A DNA stretch of 63,357 nucleotides, filler included, from Intoshia linei (GCA_001642005.1; 4 parts of 4 records of this genome joined end to end with filler, not necessarily neighbours in it), one strand, 5' to 3'; positions 40,182 through 54,161 are shown, numbered from the whole stretch's first letter. Notes: a model not told the origin generated them from the sequence alone. Translations and numbers: made by a program.

Positions 40182-40912
40182 CTCCCCTGTTCCGAAATAA
40201 TGTTTACATTTGGGATAAACCTTTCCGATTATCACTGTTTTTAGTGAACTTTAAGTTTTATTCATTTTCTTTGATAAATTATTTTAATGGAAAGATTGGC
40301 ATTTGGCCATTTGTGTATAAAGAGGCAGCCAAAAGAAACAGCACGAACTGAACAAAGGGTACTTACGTCACAAAAAATGTTAAATCGGTAAATGCATTTG
40401 AATTTAAAAGAATGGTGGTGCAAAATACGTTTCCTGCAATCAAATCAAACTTTCCCAAAACAAATGGCGTCATTTACGTCCAACAAGACAATGCAAAACC
40501 GCCTTTCAACGAAGATGATCCAGAAACGATGGAAGAGGGATCAAAAAATGGGTTTTCCATTGTGTTTAAAAACCAACAACCCAATATCCATGACATGAAC
40601 GTATTGGATCTCGGGTTCTTCAACGCCATCCAATCCGTTCAACATCAGTATTATCCGAAGACCATTGACTAACTGATTAGCTTCGTGAGTAATGCTTTTA
40701 ATGAGCTACACACAAATAAGCTGGACAATGCATTTTTAACGCTTCAGCAATGTATGGAGGAGACGATGCTTGCGAAAAGAGGAAATGAGTATAAGCTACC
40801 GCATATCGGCAAATCAAGGCTTCGCAACAATGGTACTCTACCAGTATCCCTAGCTTGCAAACCAGAAGCGATCCTTACGGCTCGGCAAAATATTGATAAG
40901 CATACCCTGTAA
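40182..40912 (+). mobile_element. DD39D ('plant-type') mariner remnant
   Basis: TA|CTCCCCTGTTCCGAAAT Stowaway-like TIR. Transposase C-terminal half 'GKIGIWPFVYKEAAKRNS...QQDNAKP...PNIHDMNVLDLGFFNAIQS...GNEYKLPHIGK' with 39 residues between the 2nd and 3rd catalytic Asp. Two in-frame stops. Confidence 0.9.
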
Positions 40913-40987
40913 AATTAAAGATTTCTTATCTTGAATAAAATGTAGTTTTGTTTAATAAATGTTAAAATTAGTTTCAATAGTATTTAT

Positions 40988-41087
40988 NNNNNNNNNNNNN
41001 NNNNNNNNNNNNNNNNNNNNNNNNNNNNNNNTTAATTAATTAANNNNNNNNNNNNNNNNNNNNNNNNNNNNNNNNNNNNNNNNNNNN
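40988..41087. other. Artificial contig spacer
   Basis: N44-TTAATTAATTAA-N44. Confidence 0.97.
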
Positions 41088-42362
41088 TTTAATAAATATA
41101 TTGCATAATATTTTACAAAAAATTTTTGGATTAATTTTTTTATTACTATTCTTCAGATTTTTATTCTCAAATCCCCATTCAGTATAGATCAATTTCAAAC
41201 TTCAGGGTCCTACAAACGTGGCTTCTATCATTTATTTCTCTATCGTCTCATCCTTATTTATATTCATTTTATTAATCATTGATACAGTCCGACACTGTGT
41301 TGGGGTAAATTTTTACTTTACGAATACCAAAATTTAATGTCTACAATGGGCTTGGTGCCCTTTTTCTTAGTATGTTTCCATTCATAATTTTTTTTGTTTT
41401 TTGATATTGACTCAAAAATATTTTTATCCCAAAAAAAATAATTATTAATTAAAAAATTAAGAATAGTTTTTCCAGCACCCACTCTAGCATTAATTCTAGC
41501 ACCCCTATGGGTGCTAGTACCCCGGTTAAGAAACCCTGTTCTAAATCAAAAACCCCAATTATCTATTTTTTTACCAATCAATTTATCATTTAAATTCAAA
41601 CAAGTCTTAGAATTATAAAAAATACACAATCTAATAAAAATTTTAAAATCATCAACACATTTATAAATTTCAATTACATTTAGGGCTTAATAATAATTTC
41701 ATTAGACTAATATATATCTATATATTAGATATTATATTAGATATATTATATTAGATATTAGATACTATATATATATATTAGGGTGGTTCAAAACCAAGAA
41801 AATTTTTGAAATTGAGAAAGTACTTTTGATATTTTGATTAACGTGGTAAATAATGATGATTGGTAAAAAAATTAATTCGAATCGAAATAATAAAATTGAA
41901 TTAAAAATAAATATCTTGTACAGACATTAAAAATTTTGGAAATTAATTAATTGGTAATTATAAAATGTTAAAAAATGAATCGACAAATTTACGAAACATT
42001 TTAACCGATTTCCAGCACTACAATCAAATGTAAGATTTATTTGAATAAATTTTCTTTACAGTATCGGTTGTGAATTACTAGTTAATTAGAATGTAGAATA
42101 AATATGTTATTATCTATGTAATTATTGTACTTTCTATTGATGTCGAACCAAATTGAATAAAAGTTGAATATCTTGGATAAACCATATACATGTTTGTGAT
42201 TATTAGCTAGTGAAATTTTTGACACTAAAGTACAAAGTTTAGAACCGCATATCAATCCTAAACATTTTCCAAAAATTTATATTAAACTAAACATTAATCG
42301 AAAATAAAAAAGTAAATACCAAATAATTGTAAAATTATAAATAAACATTAAAGTAGATTGAA

Positions 42363-45300
42363 ATGTTCTTCACTATATTTATAGGTGTAATTATGACACT
42401 CATCATGATATTTATAATAATAGCGAATGGAATAGCGATATATGCAATAAAAAGTAATAAAAATTTCCATCAAAAACCCATGTATTTGTTTTTTATAAAT
42501 TTGGCTATATCAGACTTAATTGTTGGTTTTTTGGTATCACCCTTTGCATTATGTTACATTATAGCAAATGAATGGCGATTTGGTTTTATTTTTTGTCAAA
42601 TTTGGGGTTCTGTAGATATGGCTGTGTGTACAGCGTCAATATATTTCCTATGCACAATTAGTTTCAAAAGATATCAATTAGTGAATGGTGCATCTAAAAA
42701 TACAAATTTACATCAAAACAGTATGAAAGTAGTCATTTCAATTTGGATATGTAGTTTGATTGTTTCTAGTATACCTTTCATTGATTGTTATGTAATTTCG
42801 AAATACATTACTCATAATATTGCCTCTCTCGAATATAATATTGAAAACAATAAATGTGAAGTGTTTATGTCACGATTTACAATTATCACTACAGCGTTGT
42901 TGTCATTTTATGTGCCTGCGATTATTATTATTATACTTAATATTAAAATTTACAAAACTATCAATTATCAATACAAACGAAGTAAATATGCATTTGAATC
43001 GTCTCGGAAACTTTGTTTATGCACTAATAGTATCATAAATAATAATAAAATCAGATACTCGGATGAAAATATAGGTAATATTTGCTTTCATCCTATATAT
43101 AATATAATCTAGAACAGTGGTTCCCAAACTTTTTCCACCACGAACCATTTGTCACCAAAAAAAATCCCCTTAATCTTGAACACGTAAACTAAAGTAATAT
43201 TTTGATTTTTTTATTATGTATTCCTATTTAAATCGAAAATTTTACATTAATTTTGACAAGGTAGCTTCAATGGCGTAATTAAAAAAATTCTTAATTTCAA
43301 ACATACTTATTGCGAACTACCAGTGCCGTATGGGAGATCCTTCCACCGAGCTAATTTATTAAATTGAGTATTAAAAAAATTCTTGAATATCAACTAATTT
43401 GAGTGTTAAATTTAAAATGTCAACTCAAGAGTCTTAGAAAGGTGGATAGGGTTATATGACCTTATAATTCCTTTACAAAATTTTTTAATGGGCTATTTTT
43501 CGTTTTTGAAGTGGCGACGGGCTTGCTAGGTTCAATTTCGGAAATTACAATCGAACTAAGTTAAATCGTTGCATAGATTAAATTTAACGCACGTGAAAGT
43601 TATTCACGTTATTCAGTAAATTTTCACTTCATTTTGATTAAATGATTTTTACGTTCACTAATAATAATAAATGATCGATACAATTCTAATTTATTATTAT
43701 TATTGTTAAAAAAAATTTATCTTTATTTTATTTGAAATTTTTCTTGTAGACCACCTATAATTTCCTGTGGACCATTTTGGAAACCACTGATCTAGAAAAT
43801 AATGAAAATTTTGAATTAAGTGGTTCATTTTTCACAACTGTTCCATGGTCAGCTTAATCCAGTGGTTCTCAAAATGAATAAAACATTTGGCGGCGCACCC
43901 TATATGTAAAAAAAATTATTAACACTTCAAATAGATTTGCTCGAAAAATTTGACTGGTTTTGCTGGAATTGTCCCCAAAACAACGTGCATCTAAATGTTT
44001 AAACAGTATTAAAATTAATTCACATACGTATATAAATAATTATATTACGTATGTATATAATTTGAATGTAAATTGATAAGTATCATGTAAAGTGAAATGA
44101 CAAAGAAATGTATATAAATTTGTTTGTGGTGATTTGTTTGTCCAACATAAACATGCATTAAAATAAAGTGACCAGAAAAAATACGTACATTCAATTTTAG
44201 TTTATTTGGTATTAAATGTAAACCCAAAACTACCTATTTATGATGACGAATAAAAATTTTCGGCTTAAATTTATTCCAAATAAACTAAAAGTGATAGTAC
44301 GGATTTTCTGCCCACATTAATTTAACTTAAAATCATGAATTATGGAATATATTACATAGAGCATAGATAATATTTACATTTATAAAATTTTTATTTACAT
44401 TAATTATTGTTAATTAATTTAACATGCATGAAGCACATTTCACATTAAAATTATATATTTATTTTTGTTTGTGCCAAATGTTATGTTTGTTTTAGGGTTC
44501 TATTTAAATCCAACCATATTTTACTTATATAAAAATGAATGTGTGTGTAAGCATTTATTGAAAAAATTGACTGTCGCAGGATTTACAAAAACCCAATTTC
44601 TAATACAGTTTTGTGTTATGGCAATTAAGAAATGGCATAGATATGTATATGGCCGTTGAATAACCTTTAGAACTGATCATTTACCATTGATATTCTTATT
44701 AAAAAATGTGACGAAAGGGCATGCAGCTGCAAGAATAAAGAGATGGGCTGTATTTTTACGTGAATATATATATAAACTTGAGCACGTGAAAGGCAAACAT
44801 AACGAAATCGCAGATTGTTTATCACGGCTGCCCGGAAATATGGAAACAGAAAGAATTGATATTAAGTATGTTCACATGATTTCTAATCCACCATATTTAA
44901 GTATGAATGAAATTAATGAAGCAACAGAAACTGATGAATTGTTAAAAAAAATTATAAAATACATTTTAACACGGTGGCCATCAAAAGAACAGTTGTCATT
45001 AAAAGAAATGAAATTCTATCATATCCGCAATAAATTATGGACATAAAATAATAGATTGATGAGGGGTGAAAGTTTAATTGTATTATCTGAAATATTATAT
45101 GAGAAATGCATAAGCTTGGCTCATTTTTATCATATGGGTAAAACCAAAACTAAACGTTGTTTGAGAAAATATTTGTGGTTTCCATCTATGAATAAATTAA
45201 TAGACAAAGAAATTGATAAATGTTGGCCATGTGCAACAAGTGATAAGATTATAAAAACTCATAAAACTCAAATATAACCATCAAATTCCCTGAAGGCCCT

Positions 45301-48300
45301 TGGGAACTATTAGGTATAGATATTGTAGGCCTAATGTCGTTTACTCAGGAAGAAAAAAAATTTGGTATAACTCTCATTGACCATTATTCAAAATGAACAG
45401 AATTTATGTTGGTTGAAGAAGCCACTATCAACAATATTATACAATTTTTAGAAACTGTTTTCTCCCGTGAAGGTTTACCCGACAGTATTATATCGGATAA
45501 CGGACCACAATTTAAGTATGAACAAGGGAAATTGTTTTTAAATTACAATGGAATTAAACCTAGATACACTGCCAATTATTACCACAATCAAATGGGCTAA
45601 CAGAACGTTTTAATAAAACGGTAAAAGAACATCTCCGAATTGGGTATAAGCAGGGAGTAGACCCTGAATCAGTGTTAAATCAATTTATGATGTCATATCG
45701 TTCTAATGAGCAATCAACCACGGGAATGGCACCCTCAAAGTTGTTACATGGCCGCACTATGAAAACACGTTTAAATAAAGAATTGACTAAATTACCATTT
45801 GATCAGTTAGACGTGGATATGATAGCAAAAGAAAATGTAAAAATATGGCAAAATTATACAAAAAACCGTGATAAAACTCGTAATAGAAGTTTAAGTAAAG
45901 ATGATTGGGTACGAACAATGAAACCATCTATGAAAGGATATATCCTTTTTAAACCTGTTAAAATCAGCGAAATTGTGAAACCCAGAACATACAAATTATC
46001 TGATAATTTCATATGGAATGGTTCTAGATTAACCAATAGTCAAAATCTATCAAATAACAAAATTGATGATATATTGATTGATGTGAATACAGAGCCATCG
46101 GCTGAAACTATAAATGATATTGGTATAACAGATATTCCATCTAAAAGGGTTCGGCGAAAACCCGCGCATTTAAATGATTATATTCTTGATACTCCTTAAA
46201 ATATAAAAATTGAAGGCCCCTTGCGGGGAAGGATGTAATGTCTTAGTTACATTTTGTATATAATTTAATATAGTTATTTATTAAAATAAACTTTAATTAA
46301 AGTCTTGCATTTGATAAATTAAGGATATTGCAGTACATAACAGTCAAGCTAATTTTTACTAAAAATCAAAATGTACCAACCTTAAGGGAAAAATCCACTT
46401 TTACTAACCTTTAAGGAAAAAATCCACTTTTATCAAAATTTTAAGGAAATTTGAGTTAATGTAGTTCTAGTTATTATATTAAATTTAATTACAAGTTAAT
46501 TTAAATGTTAATCTATTATTTTATTATTGAAATTAAATTTAATTAGTTTTTCCAAATGTATGTTAAATTGTATAACAATCTGGCAAAATTCCATTTTCCA
46601 TGATAATTTTTAAACTTTACCCCTATTTAGTTATCAAATTAATTAATAATAATATTATTAATATAATCATTAAAAGAAATGTCAGCAATAATGTTTCTCA
46701 TTTATTTATTAACTAATTTATTGTCTCTAATTGTGTGGTATAAAATTGTGATAATGGCTACCACTTTTAATTATTTTGATGCTTATAATTTTGCTTATTA
46801 TTATAATTAACTATGTTGTACAAAATTTTGTATAAAATAACTAAATGTTTTTATTACATATATTGAACGCTTTACGCATATACGGGATTATGGAACTTAT
46901 TTTATTAATATAGTATTTTATTATTTACATATAGATGGAAAGTATTTTATAGAGTTCTGAGTCAGAACTAAATATAATTTATTTCAGAACTATGACTGAA
47001 CTAGCATTGATTTTTATAGGGGCAGCTGATCTGGGAATGAATGTGGAATAGAATTGTCCCCCATAACTTCAAATGACAACCCAACAGTAAAACTGACTGG
47101 TTAGATTGTTCTGTGCCTTAAACCACAGAATCTGCCTAATCTAATTTAATACCACATAATGTAACCTATATATGATTAGTAATGAATCACTACAAACGAA
47201 AAGTGCATGTTTAATTTTAAATAGGGAGGATTGGTTAATTTTTAATTTCAAATCATGTAAAAATCTGCATCATTAGTAATGATTCATTAAATTATAATTG
47301 TATTCTAATTGGACTAAAAGTAGAAAATTTTTTAATTGCCTTTCCTAGGTATTATATGGTGTAATGCGGCATCAGCCATGTTAATTATATAACCATCAAT
47401 TAAAAAATAATACACTTGATATATACACGAGAGTATATATCAGAGTAAAACTTTTGCAATATAACAATTGATTTCAATACTCTATGTCAGAGTTTACTAA
47501 ATGTCAGTCCGCGAAATAATATTTTAATAATTACAGTCTATTTATTAAGTTTTATTAATCAAATATTTTTAATGTTGCCCAGTAATTTCACTTTAATGGT
47601 CCGCGATAAATTGCATAGTTTATTACGGTCGACCGTTAAAAAACTGTGTACAATAATTAATATCAAACTGTCGCAATCAAATCCAACTTTAATCTTTAAT
47701 ATGTTCATAAAAATACATTAATATATTAAATATATATTTTTATTTTATCAATTAAAATCTATAACAATTTATTTTAGATGGAATTTATTTAAAAAGAATA
47801 TCTGATGGCATGAAATTTTGTAGTTCTATAAAAAATTATCAATCTTCATCAAATGTAATAATTTAACATGAAATAATCAGCCTTTTCCAAACTATTTTTA
47901 TGCGACTCGAACCATGAAATTGAAGAGATATGCTTAATCCTTTACTTATATAAAATTGAATGTCTTATTTAAAAGTGTTTTATCGTTTATTGAAAAAATT
48001 GACAGTCGTATAATTAAAAAACCCAATTTATAATACATTTTTTTTTAGGACGTGTTTTTATCTATTTTTCAGTTTCGGAATTTGAGTCTTTCAGGGTCAA
48101 AAACTCAATTTTCACTTTTGTATAAATATAAAACTTGCTAAAATATGGCTAGTTACAGAACAGGAATTATGTTAATTCATTATCTCTATTAGTAATTTTA
48201 TAAATTCCATTTATTATTGTATAAGGAGAGATATTTCAGTTTTTGTCATTTCATAAAATGATTATACCTTAACCCTTACGGAATTAAAAAATTGTATATT

Positions 48301-50179
48301 ATACATTTCATCTTATTCGCAAATCTTAGTTTTTTATTTTTTTGAAAAATTCATGTTTCGATTCAGTTCATATGCAAATTCACATTAGGAAATTTTAAAA
48401 TTTAAAATCTAAAATTTCTAATTTTTAAATTATATATATTTATTTAGATAAATATGCAAGAAATGAATAATGAAAATTATAGAAAATTTATGTCTCAGAA
48501 AAAAGCAATGCATTGTATATATGTTATAGTGGGATTTTTTATAATTTGTTGGATTCCATTTTTCGGAACATATTTACTAAGTAAATTTATCCTTAGTTAT
48601 ATAATATGCTTTGCAATATTTGTTTGTCTGTGTGTGTTACTGTTTATTTTAATAACTACCAGTCTTAAAATTTTATAAAGTCCACATTTCAATTATAGTT
48701 TTTTTCGAGGGTTTTAGCAAAATAAATCTTAACTTCCCAAACTTACATCTTACGGGTCAAACAGCCCAATTGTCCTTTTTTTGAAATCAAACAAATTCGA
48801 AAATTTAAAAAAAATATATCTTCAGGGTTAACACCCGAAATTACTTTTTTTTTATTAAATGAAAACAGCCATAGAATTTAAAAAAATTTCAATCCGAATA
48901 AGTGACGCCTTCACAGTCAAAAAAACATTTTAGTATTCATATATTTTTTTTTTCGAAATATTTTATTAAAACAAAAAATGTGAAACAATTAACTGTCGGA
49001 AAATTAAAAAAAAGATTTTTCTGATAGAGCTTATTCCAGTTGATATAAATACAAAATTTCAACCCCAGGAATCTACGCATTCTCGGTGAAAAATAATTTT
49101 TAATGTATTATCAACCAATATTGTGTTAATAAAAATTGAAAATGTAAATATTGATCCTACAATTTCAAACAAAATGTGTATTGAACGTCTACACATTTCC
49201 TATAAAGAAATATGGGTGGCAATCTATATAATTTTTTCCTTCGGAATTTTTAAAAGGATTGATAGTAGTGAATAGTAGAATTTTTAAGTTAGATTTTTTT
49301 GGTAGAATAAAAATGTGCCTTTGGCAGAGTTAGCTGTTGTTTGTACGTAGTACATAACAGTCAACCTAGTTCATTATAATAATTGGGAAGTGTTGCCAAA
49401 AAATAAACTAATTTTATCTCATCATTAATAATATTTGATAATAAATAATGCCCGACACTCTGGGGTCTACATATTTTTGTTATATTTACCAGGGTTGTTG
49501 AGGGTTGGCAAAATTTTTTTAATCTGTTTTTTAATTTTTATTGGCAATTTTGATATATAGAATATTATTTTATTTTTCTTGTTTGAAAGTTTGAAAATTG
49601 GTTTTTGATTGTGAAGAACTCAATTTCGGAAAATAAAATTTGCAATTATGCATCACTCTTGAAAAATTATATTAGCAAGTGTATTTTTTAAATAAACTGT
49701 AATAAACACGAAATCAATAAATTTTATATAAATAATAGATGTAATGTATATATTTTTTTGATACACAGGTTTTTTGCAATACCATAGTCGTGGTTTACAG
49801 CGAAAAATGTTTGAGAATTCCCGTATTAAACAATGCTATTGATTTTTATTATCATTGTTCCCAAAGGTGATGATAGGATATTTTTATCATACTGCCCGCC
49901 ACGAATTTGAGTTTGACATGGTTGATGTACCTAAAACTTATGTCATTAATACTACATTATTAAATACTTATTTTAGAAGCATTTAGTGTAAAAATAAATG
50001 ATTATTTATTCTGGACAGTTCTATGGATAGGATATATCAATAGTGCTTTCAATCCAATAATTTTATCTCTATCATCTAAAGAATTTCGAATTGCCTATAC
50101 AAGTTCTTTCAAAAATTTATATACATATACTAACAATAATCGTGTCCAAAAGGAAATTAAAAAAGAGCTGAGAATATAA
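42363..50179 (+). CDS. Class A biogenic-amine GPCR (octopamine/tyramine/adrenergic-like); exons 42363-43074, 47778-47854, 48448-48580, 49977-50179; ~374 aa
   Basis: TM2 'NLAISDLIVG', ECL1 'WRFG..FC', TM3 'WGSVDMAVCTASI' (D3.32), TM5 'SFYVP', TM6 'CWIPFF', TM7 'WIGYINSAFNPII', helix 8 'KEFRIAY'. Exon phases are consistent. Small upstream exons (~41964-42029, ~42211-42229) are possible but unconfirmed. Confidence 0.88.
43115..43789. mobile_element. hAT (Buster-type) MITE with perfect TSD, in GPCR intron
   Basis: TIR CAGTGGTTCCCAAA / TTTGGAAACCACTG; perfect 8-bp TSD ATCTAGAA; contains a nested fragment of the CAGTGCCG family. Confidence 0.9.
44164..44319. mobile_element. Second copy of the ~160-bp foldback MITE
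   Basis: Reverse-orientation match to 38793-38950. Confidence 0.7.
44613..46332 (+). mobile_element. Ty3/Gypsy 3' remnant (RNase H end, integrase, PPT, 99-nt 3' LTR) in GPCR intron
   Basis: 'KKWHRYVYGR...TDHLPL...RIKRWAVFL...NEIADCLSRLP'; zinc-binding 'HMGKTKTK...WFPSMN...CWPC'; core 'FSREGLPDSIISDNGPQF'. PPT GGGGAAGGA, then LTR 46234-46332 (TGTAATGTC...GATATTGCA). Confidence 0.9.
48590..49369 (+). mobile_element. Non-autonomous Helitron-like element, both ends intact (780 bp)
   Basis: A|TCCTTAGTTATATAATATGC ... TGTTTGTACGTAGTACATAACAGTCAACCTAG|T; starts 9 nt into the GPCR intron. Confidence 0.85.
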
Positions 50180-50383
50180 AATTAAACTAACTTGCATTAG
50201 CGACAGATTAAGCTGACTATTTTTTCACAATTTAAATTCGTATCATAATCAGGACATTTGAGAACCGACATGGGCCGACCAGATAAAAATTTTAGGTCAC
50301 ATATACAATAAAATAATGCCATTATCTATCCGTTGCTCAATCTTTAATCAACATATTTGATAAAAATTTATTAATATTATAAT

Positions 50384-51134
50384 GAGTTATTATTATTCCA
50401 ACATATAATTTAATAGTTACAGCGTCTAATTTCACTAGCGTCTATAGTTATAATGTTAGCGTCTAAATTAATAGAAGTAGAATTTATTTTATCTAAATAT
50501 AACGTTATTTTTTATAAAACTAATATTTTAATTTATTGAATTAATCGTTAATTTAATACTGCCTCAGTAAAGCTTGATTAACCTGAGCTGGTCGTCCCCT
50601 TTTTCTTTTGACATTCAATGGGAGAGCTTTCGATTTTCGAGGTACAATACACCCATCAATTCTTTATCGTATTGCTATACCGATAGAATGTTTACACATT
50701 TAATTTTTACCCCATAAGGGACAAGTACACTTCGAAAACTTTTAATTTTTACGATCCAGCGATATTTTCCAAAAAGAATTTAAACATTTTCTCATATTAA
50801 AAAAATTTTTAAAACTGTTTTGATTTTTGTTTTTGAACTCATTGAAACGCATCTGTCCAGTTTTTGGTACTTAATGTTGGGGATGTTACATACAATTTTG
50901 GATTTGAATTTAAAGAATTTCGAGAAACTGACTGGTGATCCACAAAAATATATAAATTGATTCAAATGTTTCGAATATTAAGTTAGATGATAAAATAATT
51001 ATATTAAACGCTTAAGCATTAAATTAGACGACCATATCACTTATTAAATAATGTTAAATTAATTAAATTATGCGTTATAAATATTAAATTAGACGCTGAA
51101 ACTATTAAATTAGTCGGAGCATTAAATAGTATCT
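50384..51134 (-). mobile_element. Mutator-like (MULE) deletion derivative with SWIM finger / AT-hook remnant
   Basis: Inverted subterminal AGCGTCTAATTT arrays; flanks TATTATAAT on both sides (8-9 bp TSD). Minus-strand remnant 'SKCTCPLWVK/MCKHSIGIAIR...PLNVKRKRGRP' (~50575-50790). Confidence 0.75.
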
Positions 51135-51784
51135 TATTATAATGTACAGTAATTGTAAAGTAACTGTCAGCAACCTTTTGCGTCTCGTGGGTTAAATAAA
51201 TAATTTATATATTTACTCAAAGGTTCACCAAAATTATTATGTGGGCCACTTTTGGCCATCGAGCTACTGCTTTCCGATCTCTGATATAAAGTCTAATTTT
51301 TAATTTTTAAATTAGCATAGTATTGTGACCCAATCAGGTTATTTACACATAACTGCTTGGTATGATCATTTATCAATATACCATTTTAATGAAAGATAAT
51401 TAAGAAATTTTCTAACTTAACCTATTAATCTAAAATAGGAAACCACGGCATAGGCCAATCCATCTTCTTAATATGTATTTTTACGTGATCATTATAATTA
51501 TATTCTAATAGAAAATGTAAAAAATAATAAATAAAAATAAATAGCACCACCTTTTGCAATTAAACAATTATTTGGTCCTCGCTATTCATGGTTCAATAGG
51601 TTTGTACTGGTAAAATCCTCATAATCTACTAATTTCAAAATGTGGTTAGCTTAATCTGACGCTACTGTAGTTAAAATGCATTATTTTAAAATACACTACC
51701 TTCATTTCAATTGTTACATTATATTGAAATTTATTTGTACAGGTTTTGGCAACATAATACTTTTTTTGATAATTTTTTATTTAA

Positions 51785-52761
51785 CTAGTTGACTGTTATG
51801 TAGTACGTACAAACAGCATCTAACTCTGCCGAGGGCAAAAAATATCAATTTTGTATCAATAATTAACGGAATTAGCACTTTATAAACATATGTCAGATAA
51901 ATTATACCAATATTGTAAAGCATTGTAATAAATATAAAAATGATAATAACAAAGTTGTTTACTTATAGTAATTCGTTGTTGTGGTTTTAATTCAAATTTT
52001 AAACAAAATGTTTTAAAGATGAGAATTTCAGAATCAAAAATTGCGAAGGAATGAATTATATAGATTTTCACCCATATTTCTTTATTGGAAATGTGTAGAG
52101 GTTCAATACACATTTTTTTTTAAAATTGTAGGATCAATATTTACATTTTTAATTTTTATTTAAACAATATTGGTTGATAAAATATTAAAAATTATTTTTT
52201 ACCGGGAATGCGTGGATTTCTGGAATTGAAATTTAGTATTAATATCAACTGTAATAAGCTGTATTAGATAAATCTTTTTTTTAATTCTACGACTGTTAGT
52301 TATTTCAAATTTTTTGTTTTAATAAAATAATAATAAAGTAGTTTCGAATTTAAAAAAATGAATACTAAAGTACTTTTTTGACAATGAAGGCGTCACTTTA
52401 TCAGATTGATTTTTTTGTGTGTTAACTGGATATAACTGTATCATCTGATTTTTTTTAAATTCTAGGGTTCTTTTCATTTTTAAAAAAAGTGTAATCTGAG
52501 TTTTTGACCGTGAAAATTACCTTTTTGAGGTTACCATTTATGATAATGCTTATGAATTTAAAAAAAGGACAATTGGGGTTTTTAACCTTGAAGAACCAAA
52601 TTTCTGAAATTGTAATTTACGATAAAACTTGACTCTGGAAAAACTGTTATAGGAATATAGAATTTGTAAAACTCGACTCCCTTACTTTCTTAAATAAACT
52701 GGAACAAATCAACAGACATAATAACATATATTTTTAATTTTTTACTTTATATAAGTAAGGA
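51785..52761 (-). mobile_element. Non-autonomous Helitron-like element, both ends intact
   Basis: Minus strand A|TCCTTACTTATATAAAG ... CTGTTTGTACGTACTACATAACAGTCAACTAG|T. Confidence 0.85.
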
Positions 52762-54161
52762 TTATTTATTAATGTAAAGTATGTCCAGTGGACATTTTTC
52801 ACATTTTATAGAAAAGTTTTACTGTCGATGAAATAAAATATATAAAGAATATTTGAATACAATAACCATCTACAAAGTAAACACATTTTTATTTCTTTAT
52901 TTAACTCGATAGATTGACGTCTTTATAATGATCTTACCACACGTTTCAGTAATACTGATTCAGTATATACAAGATATTAAATTTTTATTTTATATGAGTC
53001 AACCCAGATTCAAACACAACATATTAATCTTTAGGTGTCATACACGATAGTTCAACGTTTGAACTATATTGTCTATTGACCCTCTATGGATAACATTATT
53101 TGATCCCATCTGTTAAAATAAAAAAATGATGACCTTTTTATTAAACTTATCCATCCAATTTTATAATTTGGTGAATCTTGAAAAGTAAAAAACTACACTG
53201 TCAAAATGATGACTACTTTTAAAAATATTGCTAAAAAATGAATGAACAAAATTTTAAAACAAGAAATTAAGTGACATGGATTAATAAATATGACAATAAT
53301 CAATAATTGACTATAGATCATATCAACTACAAGTATTAAAGATACCAGGTAAAAATAATTGAGAGATGACAATTCATAATGTATAAAATGATATGTTAGA
53401 TCAGTGGGACAAATGTAAAAATAAAATTATATGAAATCAATATCGACTGCACACCAAAATGTAATAATGTACAACACAACATGCCCCGATGAAATAATGT
53501 GTTGAAACTAATTTAATTAAACTTTGATAACTTTTTTAAATTGAGGTAATGATTTAACATGTATAGGATTAACAGAGTTCCTATTTTGAGAGGTATTTTC
53601 AATTTATGAGACTATCGTATGCAATTTAAAATAAAATATAACTATACTAGTACATGTATATTAATGTACTTTAAACCTTGACACTTATTCTACACATTTC
53701 AACTAAATAAATTTTCAACTCAAGTATATGTTTATAAACATAAATTAATCAATGCATTAATCAATTTGTTGTAGCTCTGTAATAAATATATAGTTATAAT
53801 ATTAATACAAATTTTATGTAATATATCAAACAAATCCGTTATTGTTTAAAACTAACGTACCAAGTTATAATTATTCATATCAGTCCAACATGAAAGTTTA
53901 TATTTGAATAACCTATATTTTTGAATGTTTAAGTATTATTAATGTTAATATTTTCATGGAAAAGAATATTTTTAGTTTAAATTTTAATTGAAATTTAATT
54001 AATTTTCACATTGATTAAACTTTTATGAAATGACCGTACAATATTCAATAATGGATTGTTCGACCCGGAAATATCAATTTAAATAAATTACAATCTAATG
54101 TAAGAAAAGTAAATGTAAAATTTTCTCAAAATCTTCGACATATCAAAATTTGAAGGAACGT

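Noticed and set aside
25477-46199. Stop-codon reassignment or programmed readthrough suggested by in-frame stops in pol and transposase ORFs
   Set aside because: The stops co-occur with frameshifts and deletions in TEs only; the host exons I spliced translate cleanly with the standard code.
48581-48678. Hydrophobic ORF tail that mimics GPCR TM7
   Set aside because: Read-through past the donor at 48581 into a Helitron; the true TM7 is in exon 49977-50179.
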